Positions 18,642 to 27,454 of a DNA stretch of 39,203 nucleotides are shown one piece after another. Position 1 is the first letter of the stretch, and every line of letters starts with the position of its first letter. A program made the translations under genes and the position numbers. The notes under the pieces were generated by a model that did no database searches, was not told where the DNA came from, and saw only the letters and a program-made list of their open reading frames with translations. Source of the DNA: an uncultured Buchnera sp. GTDB taxonomy: Bacteria; Pseudomonadota; Alphaproteobacteria; Acetobacterales; Acetobacteraceae. The stretch lies in the NCBI GenBank assembly GCA_964657355.1, contig CAZZVF010000002.1, positions 1 to 39,203 on the forward strand, read 5' to 3'.

Positions 18642-20888
18642 CTAATGGCTGTAATATCCTTCGATGAGCCGTTGGTCGGCGCGCCGGTATTCATCGCTGA
18701 ACAAGGACAGCCTGCCGCGATCCACCATGGTCAGGGCCACGCCGATGAGCGATGCGCCCGACCGTGCGAGCCGGTTGATGCTTCCGGCGACGGCTTGTCG
18801 TGTGGTGCTGTTCCAGCGACAGACGAAGATCGTCGCATCCGCGATCTGCGCGAAGATCAACGCGTCGGTCATGGCCAGCAGCGGCGGTGTGTCGATGATG
18901 ACGAGGTCATATTCATTGCGGAACCTGTCCAGCAGGGACTGTAACGTCGCGAATTCCGCCGGGCCAAACGGCCGCGTCATGGGGGTGCCCGCCGTGATGT
19001 AGTCAAACCTGTCGTTCATGTCTCGTTGTGTCAGACGGGCCGGATCCTCCTGGCCGCTTACCAGTTCGGCGAAGCCGGCACCGGGACGGCCTTCGAGGCG
19101 GTGAAGGATGGTGCCTCTACGATGGTCGCCATCGATCAGGAGTACTTTGCGGCCAGCCTGCGACAGCGCTGTAGCCAGCCATATCGCCGTCGTCGTCTTG
19201 CCTTCACCGCCGGTGGCGGAGGCGATGACCACGCAGCGTGGAGCCTCGCCGCCATGGGCTACGAGCTGGAGATGGGCGCCCAGTGCGCGCACGCTCTCTG
19301 CCGCTGCCGAAAGCGGGTTGTCCGCGACATACTGCGCGATGCGGCGCAGGTTGCGCACCGGCAGTTTTGGAACGGCGCATAGCAGCGGCAGGCTGAGTTC
19401 CTCGCTGATGCGGCTGACGTTGTTGAAGCCGCGGGCAAAGTGCTCACGGCTGAGCGCCACGCCAATCCCGCACAGCATGCCGAGTGCAAGGCCTCCGAGC
19501 AGGAATTTCGGCTTGTTGGGGAAGGATGGCGCGCCCGGCACCGGCGCGTGGGAGGCGAACTGTACCTGGGGCTGCAGCAGCTCGGTGCGGTCGTCCAGCT
19601 GTTTGGCGCGGGTCAGGAACTCCTGGTAGGCGGCTCGGGCATCGTGCGCTTCGTTGTCGAGCGTCGCGAGGCTTACCTGTTTTCCGCTGCTCTGGCTGGC
19701 CTGGCCGCGCAGGGTGTTCAGGTTGCCGGACAAGGCTGCGACCGCGGCTCGCTTGGCGGCGACCTCAGTGTCTACAGCGTGAAGCGCGCGCTGGCTCTGC
19801 ATGGCGACCTGTCCACGGGCGGCAGCGATCTGCTGTTCGATAGCTGCAACCGCCGGGTAGCGCGAGCCGTGCGAGGCGCGCAATTCTGCGCGCTGGACCT
19901 CGAGCTGGCTGAGCTGGGCCGCGAGAGCCACCAGGGTCGGATCCTGCGTCACCTGGCTTAGCCCGCCGCTGGCCACGGCGGCGTGCAGCGCATTTTGCCT
20001 GGCCTGTGCGGCAGCCAGCTCGGCCTGTGCGGTGGAAAGATCAGTCGCGGCGTGGCCGACCTGCTGTGAGACGAGCGGCTCGTTCGAACGATCGCCGTAT
20101 CCGCTGGTGAGACCACTTGCCGCCCGGAAAGCGCCCGCCTTCTCCTCCGCCGCAAGCCAGGCGCGTCGTAGATCGTCGGCGCGCTGAGACAGCCAGCCGG
20201 ACGTGCGTGAGATGTCGGCCGTCCGGGTCGTGATCTGCTGTTGCTGGTAGCGTTCGACCAGGAGATTCAGGGCAGCGGCCGCGCGCGCCGGATCGCTGTC
20301 CACATAGGTTAGATCGATGACGCGCGAACGCTGCTCGCCGGCCACTGCGAGGCGGCTCAGAAATGCGTCCACCCGACCGTCGAGCGAGGGCGGCTGTGGC
20401 GGAGCGCACCGGGAGAGGTCGGGCAACAGGCGGCACAGTATCTGATGGGAGATCCCGGGCTTTGAAATCTCTGACCCGATACCGAGCTTGGCGACGACAC
20501 CGACTGCGAGATCGCGTCCCCGCATGAGTGAAGATTGGGTGTTCACTTCGTCGTCGGACAGGCCGCGGGAGCCGGATTGCGCGGCCTGCAGTGGATCGGG
20601 CGTCTCCGGGAGCACATAGACGGATGCCGTCGCAGTGTATCGCTTCGGTAGTGCGAAGGTAACCAGACCGGCGGCGAGCGTGACGGCCGCGGTGATGCCG
20701 AGTGCCACGCGCATGTGCCGCTTCACCACTCGGATCAGCTCGGCAGCCGGCGACATGTCGGACGCCTGCGGCAGCAGCAGCCGCGGCTGGTTCTCGTAGT
20801 TTACAAGGTCACTCATCGCTCGTTTGGCGTCCTGTCCGTCTTGCGGCCTGGGAGCAAAATTGCCACCCGGGCCCGAGGAAGGCGGCAT
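18642..20888 (-). CDS. wzc: Polysaccharide co-polymerase/tyrosine kinase (Wzc/ExoP/GumC-like)
   Basis: Wzz-type N-terminus with two TMs flanking a coiled-coil region, APVPGAPSFPNKP, Walker A GGEGKTT, A' LLIDGD, B VIIDTPP and a C-terminal EGYYSH. ATG 20816 is an alternative start. Confidence 0.92.
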   Translation of the reverse strand: MPPSSGPGGNFAPRPQDGQDAKRAMSDLVNYENQPRLLLPQASDMSPAAELIRVVKRHMRVALGITAAVTLAAGLVTFALPKRYTATASVYVLPETPDPLQAAQSGSRGLSDDEVNTQSSLMRGRDLAVGVVAKLGIGSEISKPGISHQILCRLLPDLSRCAPPQPPSLDGRVDAFLSRLAVAGEQRSRVIDLTYVDSDPARAAAALNLLVERYQQQQITTRTADISRTSGWLSQRADDLRRAWLAAEEKAGAFRAASGLTSGYGDRSNEPLVSQQVGHAATDLSTAQAELAAAQARQNALHAAVASGGLSQVTQDPTLVALAAQLSQLEVQRAELRASHGSRYPAVAAIEQQIAAARGQVAMQSQRALHAVDTEVAAKRAAVAALSGNLNTLRGQASQSSGKQVSLATLDNEAHDARAAYQEFLTRAKQLDDRTELLQPQVQFASHAPVPGAPSFPNKPKFLLGGLALGMLCGIGVALSREHFARGFNNVSRISEELSLPLLCAVPKLPVRNLRRIAQYVADNPLSAAAESVRALGAHLQLVAHGGEAPRCVVIASATGGEGKTTTAIWLATALSQAGRKVLLIDGDHRRGTILHRLEGRPGAGFAELVSGQEDPARLTQRDMNDRFDYITAGTPMTRPFGPAEFATLQSLLDRFRNEYDLVIIDTPPLLAMTDALIFAQIADATIFVCRWNSTTRQAVAGSINRLARSGASLIGVALTMVDRGRLSLFSDEYRRADQRLIEGYYSH

Positions 20889-21183
20889 GAATTCGACGCT
20901 GAGCCCTCCAATGCCGGGTCATCAACACCGTTGAACACATGTCCTCCCGCATTAAACGCATCAGCGGCATGATGCGCTGCACAATTTCGCGTGCGGAGCG
21001 GATTTCGAGCCTGCCGCTTCGGCCGGCCACATGGTGCAAATCTGCATCTACCACGGGAAATGGCCCCGACATTTCCAGATTCTACTCAAAGTTGCAAAAA
21101 GGTGTATTTAGTATTAACACTCCGGGAGATATTCAACCTAAGGTTATGTTGCGTTAGCGTATTGTATGGTCTGGAGAAGGTTT

Positions 21184-22233
21184 ATGGCGTTGTTGACAAA
21201 TTTCCGTACGTTTATCGCCCTCGCAGCGGTAAGTGGCGTGGCCTTGCTCTCTGCAGGCGGTGTCCATGCCGCCCAGAATATCGCGCAAACTCTGGCGAAC
21301 GGCGTCAACCTCAGCGGGCTCGAGTTCAATCCTGGAGCGCTTCCTGGCCGCCCGGGATGGGATTATCCGGTGCCGAGCAACTCAGAACTCCTTTATTACC
21401 AATCAAAGGGCCTCCGCATCGTTCGGCTGCCGATCTTGTGGGAGAGGCTTCAGCCTGGACTTATCGGCTCCCAGAAAGCTCCGGCGCTGGATCCGACCTA
21501 TCTTGGCTATATTACGACGTTGCTCGCCGAGGCGAACGCGCTGGGCATGGTCATGATGGTCGATGTTCATAATTACGGCGGTTATGGCGGCCACAAGATC
21601 GGCGACGGCACAGTCACAATCGACAATTTCGGGCGCATGTGGAGCTTGCTTGCGCAGGCCTTGAAAGGAAGGCCGGGCCTTGGGGGTTACGACCTGATGA
21701 ACGAGCCCAGCAACATGCCGTCTCCTGCCGTGTGGCCGCTGGCCGCGCAACGCGCCGTTCATGCCATCCGGCGCTTCGATACCCAGACAACCATCTTTGT
21801 CGAGGGAGATGATTGGTCTTCGGCCGGCAGCTGGCCGCAGAACAACGGCTCGCTGAACATCCATGACGCATCGCGCAAGATGATCTACGAAGCCCATGTT
21901 TACGGTGACCGCGACAATAGCGGGACTCATTTTGCCTGGAATACCGAGATCCAGTATGGCGTCACCGTCAATACGATTGCTGAGCGTATCGTACCGTTTG
22001 CGACTTGGTGCACGGCCAAACACGCTGCTTGCATGATCGGCGAGATCGGCGTCGGGAACGACGATCCAAACTGGAACACTGAACTGGCCAATGGCCTGGC
22101 AGAAATGCGCGCGGCAGGGCTTCTCGGGTTCACCTATTGGGCCGGTGGCCCATGGTGGGGCAGTTACCCCCTCAGCATAGAGCCGCGGAATGGCCAGGAT
22201 GCGGCGCAAATGGCTGTGGTGAGCGTATACTGA
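21184..22233 (+). CDS. Second secreted GH5 endoglucanase
   Basis: ATG 21184 follows GGAGAAGG. Signal peptide ending VHA, NGVNLSGLEF, RLPILWERLQP, YDLMNEP, YEAHVYGD, MIGEIG and FTYWAGGPWWG. Confidence 0.92.
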   Translation: MALLTNFRTFIALAAVSGVALLSAGGVHAAQNIAQTLANGVNLSGLEFNPGALPGRPGWDYPVPSNSELLYYQSKGLRIVRLPILWERLQPGLIGSQKAPALDPTYLGYITTLLAEANALGMVMMVDVHNYGGYGGHKIGDGTVTIDNFGRMWSLLAQALKGRPGLGGYDLMNEPSNMPSPAVWPLAAQRAVHAIRRFDTQTTIFVEGDDWSSAGSWPQNNGSLNIHDASRKMIYEAHVYGDRDNSGTHFAWNTEIQYGVTVNTIAERIVPFATWCTAKHAACMIGEIGVGNDDPNWNTELANGLAEMRAAGLLGFTYWAGGPWWGSYPLSIEPRNGQDAAQMAVVSVY

Positions 22234-22266
22234 CGGCGGCCTGTCTGACGAAGGTGCTTGGCCGCT

Positions 22267-23109
22267 TCAGGCGCGAAGCATGGAGCGGCCCTTTTGCAGG
22301 AATACCCGTGCGGCGAAGGGGGGCAGACCCAGGAGGTAGCGTCTCCACAGGCGCCTCGGCTCGATCGCAAGCCGCACCAGCCACTCGAGGCCGAAGCTTG
22401 CGACCCAGCCAGGCGGACGCTTGACCCGACCGGCAACGTGATCGACGAGCGCGCCTGCGGTGATCGCGACCGAGACGTCGAGCTTGTCCCAGTTGTCAGC
22501 CAGCCATGCTTCCTGGCGTGGCATCCCCAGATTGAGCAGGAGAACGTCGGGCCGCGCCTGATTGATGGCTGCGACAATACGCTGGTTATCGGCACTGTTA
22601 GCTTGGTGATCGAAAAAGCCATGGTGATAACCGGCAAGCCTTGTTCCTGTGCGATCACGGAAGATGGCAGCAGCCCGCGCAACCACAGCGCGTTGGCCGC
22701 CGAGCCAATAGATCGAGGCGCCGTGCGGCTGCAGGCGCTCTGCCATGGCATCGATCCATTGCGGCGGTGTATGACGGTGGGGTAGTCGGCCGGTCAGGAG
22801 TTTGACCGCGAACTGGACTCCCGCTCCGTCACAGAATGCAATGTCTGCCCGCTCGAAGAGCGAGCGAAGCCACGGCCGTGTTCGTGCCAGGCTGACGAGA
22901 TGCGCGTTCGCATTGACGATGAGAAGCCGTCGATGCTGGACCACGGCCTGCTCGACCTGATCGAGCAGGCCGGTAACGCTCACGTCGTCGATGCGAACGC
23001 CCAGCACCTCGGCGAGCCTGGGATTAATGGCAGCTGTGCGGCGGGAACACATGAACTGGCTCGGCGATGCGGAGCTGTGTCGAAATGTGGTATTTTCGAG
23101 ATTGCCCAT
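22267..23109 (-). CDS. WecB/TagA/CpsF (GT26) glycosyltransferase, GumM/AceB-like
   Basis: VNANAH, FCDGAGV, GYHHGFF, LNLGMPRQEAW and GLEWLVRLAIEPRRLWRRYLLG. The start is uncertain (ATG 23052 is an alternative). Confidence 0.88.
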   Translation of the reverse strand: MGNLENTTFRHSSASPSQFMCSRRTAAINPRLAEVLGVRIDDVSVTGLLDQVEQAVVQHRRLLIVNANAHLVSLARTRPWLRSLFERADIAFCDGAGVQFAVKLLTGRLPHRHTPPQWIDAMAERLQPHGASIYWLGGQRAVVARAAAIFRDRTGTRLAGYHHGFFDHQANSADNQRIVAAINQARPDVLLLNLGMPRQEAWLADNWDKLDVSVAITAGALVDHVAGRVKRPPGWVASFGLEWLVRLAIEPRRLWRRYLLGLPPFAARVFLQKGRSMLRA

Positions 23110-23234
23110 CTCAAATCCGATGCTGGTATTCCGGTGGTGCGTCGCAGCAAAACGTGGATGGCGCTACTCACGTTCCCTTCATCACGGAAGGATGAAGGCC
23201 TGCGACGTAGAACGATCGCGCCAACGCCGGCGGT

Positions 23235-23249
23235 GTTCACATTGTGTTC
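23235..23249 (+). promoter_or_regulatory. Alphaproteobacterial LexA (SOS) box 1
   Basis: GTTC-ACATTGT-GTTC matches GTTC-N7-GTTC and directly abuts a perfect TTGACA (23250-23255). Confidence 0.8.
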
Positions 23250-23280
23250 TTGACATTGGGCAGGGCTTCGAGCTTATCTT
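23250..23280 (+). promoter_or_regulatory. Putative sigma70 promoter of the radical SAM gene
   Basis: Perfect -35 TTGACA at 23250-23255. A -10-like TTATCT/TATCTT lies at about 23274-23280, with 18-19 nt spacing, so the -10 is less certain. Confidence 0.55.
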
Positions 23281-23284
23281 ATTC

Positions 23285-23299
23285 GAACAAAGGGGGAAC
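23285..23299 (+). promoter_or_regulatory. Alphaproteobacterial LexA (SOS) box 2
   Basis: GAAC-AAAGGGG-GAAC matches GAAC-N7-GAAC and ends 3 nt before ATG 23303, overlapping the likely RBS. Confidence 0.8.
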
Positions 23300-23302
23300 G
23301 CT

Positions 23303-24511
23303 ATGCATCTCGCCCGTGTTCAGGTCGGCCACAAGCACTCGACGCGGGGGGTCGAGCAGCACCCCGATTGCGACGCTCTTGCCGCCTTGGAGCTGAGCGC
23401 CACCCCAACGTCGGTGCCGCAGGTTGCGCGGCGGTCGACGGCTCGGCGCGGCCGGGGAGCGACCTCGAACCCCACCAACCGCTTCGAGACACGCGATCTG
23501 GAGCCGTTCGACGACGGGTGGGAGACGATCGAAGGCCTGGCAAACCTGCCGCCACTGCCCACGACCCTGACGCGCGATGCCAGCAAGAGTGTCATATCCT
23601 GGAATACCTCACCCGATCTGGGCTTCGACCGGGCGGTCAACCCCTACCGTGGATGCGAACATGGCTGCGTCTATTGTTACGCCCGCCCGACACACGCCTA
23701 TCTCGGCTACTCGCCCGGACTTGATTTCGAAACCCGGCTGACCTTCAAGCCCGATGTTGCTACGCTTCTCGAGAAGGAGTTGCGGCGGCCGGGCTATACT
23801 GCCAAGCCCTTGGCGCTCGGATCAAACACAGATCCTTATCAACCCGTCGAGCGAACGCTCAAGCTGACCAGGTCTGTGCTTGAGGTGCTCGAACGCTTTG
23901 GCCATCCTGTCAGCATCGTCACCAAATCCGCCGGTGTGCTGCGGGACATCGACATTCTGCAACGGCTCGCGGCGCGCGGACTGGTGCGCGTGTGGCTCTC
24001 GGTCACCACGCTCGACGGCAATCTGGCGCGCCGGATGGAGCCCCGCGCTGCTGCACCGGAGCGCAGGCTTGGCGCAATCGCCGGGCTTGCTCAGGCTGGG
24101 GTACCGACCGGCGTTCTGGCGGCGCCGATGATACCTGGCCTCAACGATGCGGAACTCGAGCGCATCCTGGACCGGGCGAGGCGGGCGGGCGCCGGTTGCG
24201 CGGGATATGTGCTGCTTCGCCTGCCGCACGAACTCAGGGAAATGTTCGAAGCCTGGCTCATGGAACACTATCCCGAACGGTCCCGTCACGTGCTGAACCT
24301 GGTCCGGGAGACGCGCGCCGGAAAGCTTAACGACAGCAATTTCGGGGCGCGGTTCAAAGGCAATGGGCCGTATGCCGACCTGCTCGCTCAGCGTTTCCAG
24401 GTTGCTGCCCGCCAGTTGCGCTTTGAGGAGCGCTCCGCTCTGGAAACACGACACTTCCTCCCGCCTGGTGCAAGCGCGAGACGCGCCCAACCACAATTGT
24501 CATTGTTCTGA
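23303..24511 (+). CDS. PA0069/Rv2578c-family radical SAM protein (SplB-like, DNA-repair associated)
   Basis: GRGATSNPTNRFE, NPYRGCEHGCVYCYARPTHAYLG (CxxxCxxC), GSNTDPYQPVER and a C-terminal QLSLF. Start set at ATG 23303; a downstream GTG near 23414 is also possible. Confidence 0.92.
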   Translation: MHLARVQVGHKHSTRGVEQHPDCDALAALELSATPTSVPQVARRSTARRGRGATSNPTNRFETRDLEPFDDGWETIEGLANLPPLPTTLTRDASKSVISWNTSPDLGFDRAVNPYRGCEHGCVYCYARPTHAYLGYSPGLDFETRLTFKPDVATLLEKELRRPGYTAKPLALGSNTDPYQPVERTLKLTRSVLEVLERFGHPVSIVTKSAGVLRDIDILQRLAARGLVRVWLSVTTLDGNLARRMEPRAAAPERRLGAIAGLAQAGVPTGVLAAPMIPGLNDAELERILDRARRAGAGCAGYVLLRLPHELREMFEAWLMEHYPERSRHVLNLVRETRAGKLNDSNFGARFKGNGPYADLLAQRFQVAARQLRFEERSALETRHFLPPGASARRAQPQLSLF

Positions 24512-24839
24512 TTTACGAAGAAGCCGTATCCGACGACGACAAGGCAGCAGCTCGGGCATCGTTCGACCGAATGGGCTAACCTGTCGGATGGAGATGCTCG
24601 TCAAAACAAAGTTCCGATCCGCTTCGATCAGAAAAGCTTTATAAGCCTTTGAAATCGCTATATACCAGTCCAGCCTACCAGGTACGTTCAGCAACATACG
24701 ACCGTCAGAGGCAGACCTCGGACACTTGCGGCTTGTCTCTATACCGTAACCCCACCAATTTGCGGCGAGGCGCACGTATGGGTGACTATGCCTGGCAGCC
24801 GCTATGGTGCGGTTTGAGCCGTTCCCACGGGAGACAGGA

Positions 24840-25120
24840 ATGCCGAACCCCTGCCTGCGCACCGTGGCGTCGCCGCCGTTTTCGCGTCGGCACCTCCGCG
24901 GCCCGGCAAGGGGCCGCCCGCGGTCGGCGTGGTCAAGGCGCAGCGAACGCCGATCATTGAAACCAACGAACTTATCTGTCGTATCGAATCGATCAGCGGC
25001 GTCGGGGCGACCGGTGAGATTTACGCGCAGGACGGCAAGCTGGATTATATCCATCCGACCGTCTCGACCAACACCGACACGCTCACGGCACGCGCGGCTA
25101 GACTGGCCGGCAGCGAATGA
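24840..25120 (+). pseudogene. Relic of an RND efflux periplasmic adaptor (AcrA-like MFP), frameshifted and internally deleted
   Basis: GGAGACAGGA-ATG at 24840 is out of frame with ...GPPAVGVVKAQRTPIIETNELICRIESI (MFP N-terminal strand). That segment joins almost directly to GEIYAQDGKLDYIHPTVSTNTDTLTARA (MFP beta-barrel region). Confidence 0.65.
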
Positions 25121-25300
25121 AATCGCGGTTCATGGGACAGACCAAAGCGCCGGATCATCGGTAACTGTCACGAAGCCGTGATTGTTGGGACGCCATGTTC
25201 TGGCTGAAACTAGCGCCACGCAGTAGCGTCAGCGGGGGCACGAAGAGCCACCTGCCCGATGGCGACCATGACCATGAAAAGATAAAGCTAAGGAGAGTGC

Positions 25301-27412
25301 ATGTCATCCGCGGCAGTTTCGGCGATTGAGAAGGCTCATGGTCGGTCGCCCAATGGCGGCGGCGTGCAGGATATGGACCTGCTATGCATCGACACAATTC
25401 GTACGCTGGCGATGGACGCGGTGCAGCAGGCGAATTCCGGCCATCCCGGCACGCCGATGGCCATGGCGCCCGTTGGATACACCCTCTGGCAGCGCTTCCT
25501 GAATTACGACCCTGAGGACCCGAACTGGCCGAATCGCGACCGCTTCGTGCTGTCGGTCGGGCATGCATCCATGTTGCTTTACGCTTTGATCCATCTCGCG
25601 GGATTGCGTGCAGTCAACGAACACGAGGATCGCAATGGTCCTGCGCTGACCCTTGAGGACCTCAAGCATTTCCGCCAGATGGGCAGCAAGACGGCGGGCC
25701 ATCCAGAATACCGCATGACGTCCGGTGTGGAAACGACAACGGGGCCGCTTGGTCAGGGTTGCGGAAACTCTGTCGGCCTCGCAATGGCGCAGAAGTTTCT
25801 GGCAAATCGCTATAACAAACCCGGTTTCGATTTGTTCGACTACCACATCTACACGCTGGCAGGTGACGGCGATATGATGGAGGGCGTCAGCTCGGAAGCC
25901 GCTTCAACCGCGGGTCATCTAAAACTCGGCAACCTCACCTGGATTTACGACAGCAATCACATCACCATCGAAGGTTCGACAGATCTCGCATTTGATGAGG
26001 ATGTAGGGGCGCGGTTTGCAGCTTACGGCTGGGACGTGCAACACGTGGCGGACGCCAACGATACAGACGCTGTCGCTGCTGCTTTGGCGCACGCCAAGAC
26101 CGTGACCGACCGGCCGAGTTTCATCGTCGTGCACAGCATCATCGGGTGGGGCGCGCCAAAGAAGGCCGGCACGCGCAGCGCGCACGGCGAAGCTTTGGGC
26201 GAGGAGGAGGTTCGCGGCGCGAAACGCGCTTACGGCTGGCCAGAGGATGCACAATTCCTTGTTCCTGACGGCGTCTACAATCATTTCAAGCAAGGCATCG
26301 GAAAGCGCGGTGCCGAAGCGCGTGCGAAATGGTTGGAACTGCTTGGCCGCTATAGGGAGCAGTATCCGGAACTTGCCGCTGAGCTGGAAATGATGAACCA
26401 GCACACGCTGCCGGACGGGTGGGATCGCGACATTCCCACGTTCCCCGCCGACGAGAAGGGACTTGCATCGCGCGACGCTTCGCAGAAGGTGCTGAATGCC
26501 ATCGCTCCTCATGTTCCGTGGATGATCGGCGGCGCGGCGGACCTTGCGCCCTCCACCAAGAGCAATCTCACCTTCCCCGGCGCGGAAAGTTTTGAGGCGG
26601 ATAATTATGGCGGCAGGAACCTGCATTTCGGCATTCGCGAACACGCGATGGGCTCGATTTGTAATGGACTAGCGTTGTCCGCATTACGGCCCTACGGTTC
26701 GGGATTCCTGATTTTCTCGGATTACATGAAGCCCCCGATCAGGCTGTCCGCGATCATGGAACTGCCGGTCGTCTACATCTTCACGCATGACAGTATCGGT
26801 GTTGGTGAGGACGGGCCGACTCATCAGCCGATCGAGCAGCTGGTCAGCCTGCGTGCCATTCCCGGCATGATTGTCATTCGCCCAGGCGACGCCAATGAGG
26901 TTGCTGAAGCGTGGCGTCACGTCATGACGTTGAAGGAGCAGCCGGCCTGCCTTATTCTGTCGCGGCAGGCGATGCCGACCTTTGACCGGACAAAATATGC
27001 AGCGGCATCGGGTCTCGAAAAAGGGGCGTATATCCTGGCGGATGCGGAGGGTGGCGAACCTGAAGTCATCCTGATGGCGACGGGAACCGAAGTTGGCCTC
27101 GTTGTCGGCGCCTATGAGACTTTGAAGAGTGAAGGCATCCGCGCACGGGTCGTGTCGTTCCCATCGTGGGACCTGTTCGAGGTTCAGCCAGAGGAATATC
27201 GCAACACTGTGCTCCCGCCGCATATTCGTGGCCGCGTCGCGGTCGAGCAGGCGGCGACGATCGGGTGGGATCGGTATATCGGGAGTTCCGGTGCCGTCAT
27301 TGGCATGCACACCTTTGGCGCCTCAGCGCCACTCAGCGCCCTGTTGAAGAAATTCGGTTTTACGCCCGAGGCCGTTGCAGCCGAAGCCCGTAAGCAGGCG
27401 GGACGCACGTGA
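25301..27412 (+). CDS. tkt: Transketolase
   Basis: ANSGHPGTPM, NRDRFVLSVGHAS, TTGPLGQG, GDGDMMEG (TPP binding) and THDSIGVGEDGPTHQP. AAGGAG RBS. Confidence 0.98.
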   Translation: MSSAAVSAIEKAHGRSPNGGGVQDMDLLCIDTIRTLAMDAVQQANSGHPGTPMAMAPVGYTLWQRFLNYDPEDPNWPNRDRFVLSVGHASMLLYALIHLAGLRAVNEHEDRNGPALTLEDLKHFRQMGSKTAGHPEYRMTSGVETTTGPLGQGCGNSVGLAMAQKFLANRYNKPGFDLFDYHIYTLAGDGDMMEGVSSEAASTAGHLKLGNLTWIYDSNHITIEGSTDLAFDEDVGARFAAYGWDVQHVADANDTDAVAAALAHAKTVTDRPSFIVVHSIIGWGAPKKAGTRSAHGEALGEEEVRGAKRAYGWPEDAQFLVPDGVYNHFKQGIGKRGAEARAKWLELLGRYREQYPELAAELEMMNQHTLPDGWDRDIPTFPADEKGLASRDASQKVLNAIAPHVPWMIGGAADLAPSTKSNLTFPGAESFEADNYGGRNLHFGIREHAMGSICNGLALSALRPYGSGFLIFSDYMKPPIRLSAIMELPVVYIFTHDSIGVGEDGPTHQPIEQLVSLRAIPGMIVIRPGDANEVAEAWRHVMTLKEQPACLILSRQAMPTFDRTKYAAASGLEKGAYILADAEGGEPEVILMATGTEVGLVVGAYETLKSEGIRARVVSFPSWDLFEVQPEEYRNTVLPPHIRGRVAVEQAATIGWDRYIGSSGAVIGMHTFGASAPLSALLKKFGFTPEAVAAEARKQAGRT

Positions 27413-27454
27413 CGCGCTGCTGCTTCGTCTAAGCCACTTGCAAGGAGACCGGTC

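Noticed and set aside
22991-23302. N-terminal 104 aa of the 506-aa radical SAM ORF
   Set aside because: It overlaps the divergent GT26 gene and contains the promoter and LexA boxes.
24500-25054. 184-aa minus-strand ORF and other short ORFs in the gap before tkt
   Set aside because: No motifs. The region is better explained by the plus-strand MFP relic plus non-coding DNA.
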